Of a stretch of DNA of 41,577 nt, positions 37,501 through 41,577 are shown piece after piece; within the stretch, counting starts at the first letter, position 1; every line of letters begins with the position of its first letter. The notes under the pieces are model-generated. The model was not told the origin of the DNA. It saw only the letters and a list, made by a program, of their open reading frames with translations, and did not search any database. Origin of the DNA: a virus (lineage: Duplodnaviria; Caudoviricetes); the IMG/VR virus record IMGVR_UViG_3300031660_000010, positions 1 to 41,577 of that record, one strand, 5' to 3'. Made by a program: the position numbers and the translations under genes.

Positions 37501-39741
37501 ATTGTAAAGTACTTTTGCATCTAGTGCATATGTAGTTGCAGCACTCCAAGCATAGCTACCGTTCAATACTTGGTAGTTAGTATCTGGAGCAACAAGATTA
37601 AGTGTATTAGAAGCAAGTAGAGAAAGTCGACTTAACGCTGCAACAATAAACGTCTTAGTTGCTTCTGTTCCTGCTGAAGCAAATGTAGTATTAGATTCTA
37701 TTGCAAAATATGCGCTTGCAGCAAATACAGTTTTAGTATTAGCATGGACTAATCCAGTAGCATCGTCTAAGCGAGTAATGTCCCATAATATTGCATCTAG
37801 TACAATCCTAGCATCACGTTTTGTAGAAACTGCATTAAATACTGAGCTTGAAGTAAATGGATCACTATTATTTGCTACTTTCCAAACCATCCATTCATAC
37901 ATTTCTTCTACTATAAATTCTTTATTTGCTTTTAATATTGCCCTAGCATTTGGATTTTGTGTTCCGTTTTCAATTTGCTCGCAGGCGTACTTAATCGAGC
38001 CGTATGGTTTATCAGGATCATTTCCGCCAGTAGCTGCGTCAACTCCGTCTGGGGAGACATAATAAACATTAGGAACAATTTGTATATTTTTCCATTCTAG
38101 TTCTTTTGATTCAGCTTGTAGTACATAATCTTCTGTTGATCCTACTGCTACTTGAACTCCAGATTCATCTAGTGGAAGAATAGGAACTGGAATATTTACG
38201 TCATTTAATCTAGTAACAATGTCGCCTACTGTATTACCTGCATTTTCTTTAGCATGGTCTATAAGAGGTGCCCAGTATACAAACTGTGTATCTAAGTCTG
38301 GTCTTGTTGGTGCGCCCGATGCATGTTTTTGTATACAGCGATATGTACCATTCCCCCAAATTACTATGTCAGCTGGTAAGTACGTAGCACTATCAGTCCA
38401 AAAATTAGTATGCCTAGTAGACTGTACTAGTATATTCCAATAAAGATAATTTAATCCAACAAAGTCAATTGTGTTGTTACCTTGTAGAGCAACATCTGGT
38501 ACTTGACTAATTTGAATAGTATTAATATCGTCAACAGTTACAATTGTTTGTCCTGCATATAATCCTGTACCAATTAATATCATGCCTGGCTTTAATCCAG
38601 CAGTACTATCTAATTTTACAGTTTTTCCTGTAGTTCCTGTTTCTACAATAGTAGCAGTAACACTATATGTTGAAGGACTTTCGCCTAGACTGTCTGCTGT
38701 TGCAACATAAGATGTTCCGCCTTCATATACTACGCTACCAATTTTATATGCTTGGTCTCCCATCCATTCAGATCTATATTCGTATCCTTCAGTAACAACG
38801 TCCCATAACGATGTACTGTCATCTTGTAATCCTGAAGATGGAATATTGTTAACATTATTAGATACTAAGTTACGATAAGAATAACCACCGTATGCTACCA
38901 CATCACCAATTTGATACGAGACTGAATTGGACCAATCACTTTTAATAGAAGTGCCCGGCTGCCATAATGCCCACTTAGAACTAGTACTATCAGATAGTGT
39001 ACTATCATCTGGACCATCGCCAGGTACATTAAAGTCAAAAGGAATAACTCCAGTGTGTCCGTCAGTTGCAATGTATAAATCAGCGCCGTTTCTTACAATA
39101 TCATTTCTTTTATATCTAATATTTTCAAGCCATTGGCCTTTGTATTCAATACCGTCATTAACGATTTCCCAGGCGCCAAGTGTACTATCATCACCATCTT
39201 GTTGGTCATAGTAACCGTCATCTTGAGAAGCATAGTTTAAGTTTACTTCTATTCCTAAATCTGTTGTAGCAGCAGAAATATGATTAAATGTACATCTATA
39301 AACTATGCCGCCATAACGTACAATATCACCAACGCCATAAACAGTACTAACTGTCCAAGCATTATTCCATTTATCAAAACTAGAATATGTAGTCCAGTTT
39401 TCGCTAGTAATTTCTTGTGCTGCACTTGTATGAGGAGTAGTACAAATATATACAATACCACTATACTTAACTATATTACCTAAAGAATAAAATGTGTTAG
39501 GTAGCCACTCGTTTTTCCATATTTTTCCGTCTATAGTTAATAACCAACGAGGAGTACTTGCACCGCCGCCTGTGACATAGTTTAAATCATCATAAAAGTT
39601 TGCCTGTGCAGTGTGTGGCTCCATACATATATATGTTTTACCATTGTATTGTATAACAGCATCTCTGTTATAAACTACAGCAGTGGCCCACTCGCCTTTC
39701 CATGTATATCTTAATCTACCAATTTTAAATTCTTGTGCCAT
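31507..39741 (-). CDS. giant multidomain virion/tail structural protein B (2744 aa), paralog of protein A
   Basis: MAQEFKIGRLRYTWKGEW vs MAEFKLGRIKFVWQGAW. Same domain order and shared motifs (GDELRGT, GGRIRATNGNSSYG, TGHD, STDQDGNF, TQRA). Confidence 0.88.
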   Translation of the reverse strand: MAQEFKIGRLRYTWKGEWATAVVYNRDAVIQYNGKTYICMEPHTAQANFYDDLNYVTGGGASTPRWLLTIDGKIWKNEWLPNTFYSLGNIVKYSGIVYICTTPHTSAAQEITSENWTTYSSFDKWNNAWTVSTVYGVGDIVRYGGIVYRCTFNHISAATTDLGIEVNLNYASQDDGYYDQQDGDDSTLGAWEIVNDGIEYKGQWLENIRYKRNDIVRNGADLYIATDGHTGVIPFDFNVPGDGPDDSTLSDSTSSKWALWQPGTSIKSDWSNSVSYQIGDVVAYGGYSYRNLVSNNVNNIPSSGLQDDSTSLWDVVTEGYEYRSEWMGDQAYKIGSVVYEGGTSYVATADSLGESPSTYSVTATIVETGTTGKTVKLDSTAGLKPGMILIGTGLYAGQTIVTVDDINTIQISQVPDVALQGNNTIDFVGLNYLYWNILVQSTRHTNFWTDSATYLPADIVIWGNGTYRCIQKHASGAPTRPDLDTQFVYWAPLIDHAKENAGNTVGDIVTRLNDVNIPVPILPLDESGVQVAVGSTEDYVLQAESKELEWKNIQIVPNVYYVSPDGVDAATGGNDPDKPYGSIKYACEQIENGTQNPNARAILKANKEFIVEEMYEWMVWKVANNSDPFTSSSVFNAVSTKRDARIVLDAILWDITRLDDATGLVHANTKTVFAASAYFAIESNTTFASAGTEATKTFIVAALSRLSLLASNTLNLVAPDTNYQVLNGSYAWSAATTYALDAKVLYNDVWYISLAADTVGPLPDALNSVLWAVSTAPTGLIEQNLSLATAETQAAIDVTALFAIVTNAISNEDKTSIPLPNASYTYTVQVKTGSYFETLPIKVPEDTALNGDELRGTIVFPKASVYTGAVSSSAADNTIVLQALTNVVTGQAIQFFTANVNEDFGGIVLSQTYYVKDVNIATKSITIALTVNGTDVALTTGTGFMTVYAGDCLKDMFHVRDATGIRNMSLQGLAGFLTARNAFNTQRPTGGAYVSLDPGTGPTDTSVWIKRRSPYIQNVTNFGDGCTGLKIDGYLHDGGNKSIVCNDFTQVLSDGIGVWCTGPSALTECVSVFGYYNYAGYFAEDGGRIRATNGNSSYGTFGVVAEGYDNTEIPITATVNNRSAQVQASVQSAFGANAELLSMQYSNAGSGYYEQTTNMLKYSNNFLQTWTNDSKVTIQQNVFSPQAEANAWTITGTTSNAVEGYLEQAVSVTPTGFVYDALSTLNVTGSGVSAQFNVTVGASAYTAEVFAAGSGYVTGNQMRVLGSQLGGIDGVNDCFLTVSGLAGSGVTGVTVSGTVPTNSDLKSTFSIYVKQGTSSTIDIDAIYSGTSAVTSSVSYSFSTKAFIATSANNGFTPVEYGRLELPNSWTRIWFTFHDANALNNTLTIRMYPRGKTGVSASAEFYGAQLQYATAPTFYLDTTTNMPTSFADFSVIGAGTGADLVGNEIRSGAVFETRLTDTGIGAGGRKYSVASNNAQAGDTTTVTLSGADEGTATQYVGMRAFLQSGTGAGQYGFVSKFDINTKIANVMKETFPLLDITGTTTSTNLITVGTATTGNLFLNQPVEFIPTYYKSTITDTAYKQLNVIATTGGSDNTLLFESTASMTVNMPLRFYGTAFGGLTTNFTYYIKEIVDGTTIRITTTPFGSALQLNNDSEDDTQICTMKFPGYDKLLTGPTTSMLPNMPLQFTGTAIGGVSVGSQYYVHDVIDATTFSISAQIVNIAVTATTVTTNKITYTTGPNVLAMNPIIFSGNVTGGLVSGTKYYVRELVDATNITVTDALISTAVTATEASTNLVTVTSTSGYIADAPVQFVGNAFGGLTAGTTYYVLAVNDATSMTVSTTPSGTAVSLATASGAMQVKTVGAEVVLSTAADAYGGTTPGASETIAYGYGSMIATYSSSMFGGVATGTTYFVKTIDSGTTFTVSDTSGGTVVTLQTRTGSMNLGEAGWDHINPGTEVETALDNSTVYFIEPRIDFAAPSVSQTPYTLPSAGANTYASIAYGNGKFMAVANGGETAVVSSDAATWTAVTLPTSKIWSSVCYGNGYWVMLSADGAQADAGSAVIYSKADGNGWRDTLITSVSKWSGLVYGNGKFVAVASDAGGTAAAAYSTNGGKNWTTGTGIGAARWTSVAYNEGTYVTVADGRTFGGVAATGGGGSGVQFDVVVKFGGTYTTAEVTLTEGQLGSGYAGDVLGASPSDGDDIVIPGTSLGGTSPANDIAISINGVGDGGLGGTAGEVLTFTIDSGTANASVGQYAAYSTNGIAWTTVTLPEAGQWTDVSAGNGLFIASSTTSAKSVYSVDGINWLSSPYSIAAGKIEYGQGVFLALSTTAGAGWTSEDGVIWKSWAATDDTYADVAFGWTGLTYEGSWVTIGGTDTWAGSKVQAGARTKGRATVSSGKITSISTWEPGSNYATVPVITITDPNATVPASTEIRSSNGTLANPSFFNKGTGYNTNSTSIIINGGGYADTFQTGTQLTVDDLDRLPGPGDNLIIAGVDEIYKVTSAEVVFGTVAPNIKANLRVSPELTTQDSPIHDSAISIRTKYSQARLTGHDFLNVGFGTKLESRYPGVPVDTVLSPQDQAVEINFGRVFYVSTDQDGNFKVGSLFAVEQATGIVTISASQFGLSGLDTLSLGGVSIGNASVIIRQFSVDDTFVANSNEIIPTQRAVKAYLEGRLSQGGSNTFTGQLIAGTVLVGGPNKIASTIPNGNVGSVVNMPVTSNFQGQFTGWDGDGMALQHFVNSWVR
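38270..39741 (-). repeat. seven CBM5/12-like Trp/Tyr repeats at the N-terminus of protein B
   Basis: W....Y..GD.V.YGG..Y.C...H units. Confidence 0.75.
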
Positions 39742-39753
39742 TTCTATTTCCTC

Positions 39754-40122
39754 TTAAACTTTTGCATCATCTGGGTAAATGTATTCTTGATTCAATCTAA
39801 CAACAAACTCACCGTTATCATTTATATAGTAAAAAACATTCCTACTACCCCAACGATATTGATCATATTCTAAATTACTGTAAGGTCTACTATGATCTGA
39901 TTCTAAGCGTCCGTCAAAGAAATCAACTCCGTATTCAAACTCTTTGAAATCATTTTCATTTAATCCCGGATTGTTAATTGTAACAGTATCTTGATCCTGT
40001 AATTGGTCTACTTTAGCAAAAAATAACATACCAGCCTCGTCTCTCTTAATTGCGTAAAAGAATCTACTAGCTGCATCACCTGAGGCATCTGCCGGATTAC
40101 TTCCTAAATAAAATGTTGACAT
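39754..40122 (-). CDS. hypothetical protein (122 aa) in the structural operon
   Basis: AAGGA RBS, tight packing, acidic/aromatic composition. Confidence 0.75.
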   Translation of the reverse strand: MSTFYLGSNPADASGDAASRFFYAIKRDEAGMLFFAKVDQLQDQDTVTINNPGLNENDFKEFEYGVDFFDGRLESDHSRPYSNLEYDQYRWGSRNVFYYINDNGEFVVRLNQEYIYPDDAKV

Positions 40123-40132
40123 TATACTTTCC

Positions 40133-40462
40133 TTATGTTATTTCTACGTAGCTTAGTATGCAATCTAAACTTGCTGTTTGTGTGCATACTACACTTAATT
40201 TGTTGTCTGGTGCTAAAATTAACTTCTCGCCGCCATTTAAAACTTTTAATGTTGAGTTAGGCGGAATAATAATGTCTTTTATATAGAACCCTGTTACACT
40301 AGTATCATCACTAATTGTAACGCTTCCTAAAACGTTACTTGCAGTAAGGTTAGCCAAGCTGCAACCAATTATAGTTGCTCGCGTTGCCCCATTTGTTACT
40401 AGTACGTCAATTGGTACTGTGCCTACTTCATTAATTACTTTGTTTCTAAAAAACGTTGCCAT
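40133..40462 (-). CDS. small beta-rich virion protein (109 aa)
   Basis: TIIGCSLAN...IKDIIIPPNSTL..GEKLIL...SYVEIT. AAGGA RBS. Confidence 0.72.
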   Translation of the reverse strand: MATFFRNKVINEVGTVPIDVLVTNGATRATIIGCSLANLTASNVLGSVTISDDTSVTGFYIKDIIIPPNSTLKVLNGGEKLILAPDNKLSVVCTQTASLDCILSYVEIT

Positions 40463-40473
40463 TTATCTCATCC

Positions 40474-41577
40474 TTATCCGAATATTACTGCCATTGTAAT
40501 AGCAATATCCTCAGCATCAATTGCTGTTATTGATCCACTTGAACCTGCTACACTTACCCACGATGTTCCATCAAATACTTCAACTCTAGAGTCTTGACTA
40601 TTAAATCTCATCATTCCAGTTTCACGATACGCTGGAATTGGTCTATTCTCAGAAGTACCAACTGGTAAAACCATACCGTATGTACCATCAAACTTTACAT
40701 AACCACCATTTGTATTTTCGAATGTAGTTACAGCGTTTGCTGATATGTTAGTTATGCTATTCCCATTAATAGCAAAGTTATCAAATACTACTGATCCTGT
40801 GCCGTTAGCTGTAAATTGTAAGTCTGTGTCTGCTGTAATAGTACTTATCACATTTCCGTCCAACTGAATATTATCTACAGTTATTCTTGGTGCGTTAAGT
40901 CTAGTAGCATCAATATCTACAATTGTAGCTCCGGATACATTAAATCGTATAGTGTTATCATTTGCGCCATCTGTTAATTCAGCAGTAACTTTTGTATCAC
41001 CGTCTAAATCTTCTACACCTCTAATGCCGAGCCAAGCAGTTCCGTTATACCCTTCAAATCGTGCTAAGGTAGAGTTAAATCTAATCTGACCAGCTGCTGC
41101 TGTAGGACGTTGCGCTGTTGTGCCTACTGGAAGTTTTAATGCTCCAGTAGAATTAATTTTTACATATTGTGTGCTAGGCTGTAATACTAGATCGCCTGTT
41201 GTTTCTATAACATTACTATCAAAAGAAAAGTCTTCAAAAACAATCTTACCAGTTCCATTAGCACGTAGTTCAAGATTACTATTACTTACTGTTGTAGTAA
41301 TAAAATTATCATCTATTAAAATATTACCAGTTGAAAAAGTATTAGCTTGCACAGTACCAGTAACATTAATATTAGCAACAGATAGCGTGCCGCTAACTGC
41401 TAGGTCATTAGTTATTGTTACATCATTGCTAGGAATAATAATACCACCGCCACCGTTTGCACGTAATTCTAAATCTGCATTTGATGTGGTTGTTGAAATA
41501 ACATTACCGTCAACTAGTATTTCTTCAAACTGTACACTTGAGTCAGCAGTAAGTGCTTGCGTTACAGATACATCTCC
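40474..41577 (-). CDS. tail fibre-like repeat protein, 5'-truncated by the window edge
   Basis: Frame is open to 41577 (GDVSVTQALTADSSVQFEEILVDGNVISTTTSNADLELRANG...). Repeats DGN.I.T...DL...ANG.G and two LPVGT...RP...G..RFN....E.(Y/F).G..W modules. Confidence 0.8.
   Translation of the reverse strand, partial: GDVSVTQALTADSSVQFEEILVDGNVISTTTSNADLELRANGGGGIIIPSNDVTITNDLAVSGTLSVANINVTGTVQANTFSTGNILIDDNFITTTVSNSNLELRANGTGKIVFEDFSFDSNVIETTGDLVLQPSTQYVKINSTGALKLPVGTTAQRPTAAAGQIRFNSTLARFEGYNGTAWLGIRGVEDLDGDTKVTAELTDGANDNTIRFNVSGATIVDIDATRLNAPRITVDNIQLDGNVISTITADTDLQFTANGTGSVVFDNFAINGNSITNISANAVTTFENTNGGYVKFDGTYGMVLPVGTSENRPIPAYRETGMMRFNSQDSRVEVFDGTSWVSVAGSSGSITAIDAEDIAITMAVIFG

Noticed and set aside
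20396-39483. Many short plus-strand ORFs antisense to the giant genes
   Set aside because: Expected from codon bias of Thr/Ala/Val/Gly-rich genes. Low-complexity products with no motifs.
1-41577. CRISPR arrays, tRNAs, introns/inteins, transposases
   Set aside because: None seen by eye. Intergenic gaps are too short and the ORFs are uninterrupted. A covariance-model search was not possible.

Overview
AT-rich segment of a large T4-like (myovirus-type) phage genome; the host cannot be told from this window. Plus strand, 1-2313: the end of a truncated gene, a gp15-like tail terminator/sheath stabiliser and a Nudix hydrolase. Everything else is on the minus strand. 16105-41577 is a tail/fibre block: two giant paralogous virion proteins (3603 and 2744 aa), small structural proteins, three tandem Gly/His-rich adhesin-like paralogs and a fibre-chaperone-like gene. 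2540-15984 is a tightly coupled ~13.4 kb enzyme operon behind a perfect T4 late promoter (TATAAATA), with 3 flavin-dependent halogenases, 12 Fe(II)/2OG oxygenases and an internally deleted 13th oxygenase. Two signals stand out. (1) The 3603-aa protein carries ten helical repeats with a Cys-x-Arg-Asp motif (CIAD in one copy) resembling the bilin-attachment helix of phycobiliproteins; the central eight alternate A/B at ~140-166-aa spacing. (2) The late-promoter halogenase/oxygenase operon sits directly downstream of the adhesin genes, suggesting a virion-tailoring system. Both functional readings are inferences from motifs and context. Family assignments are by eye; no searches were run.
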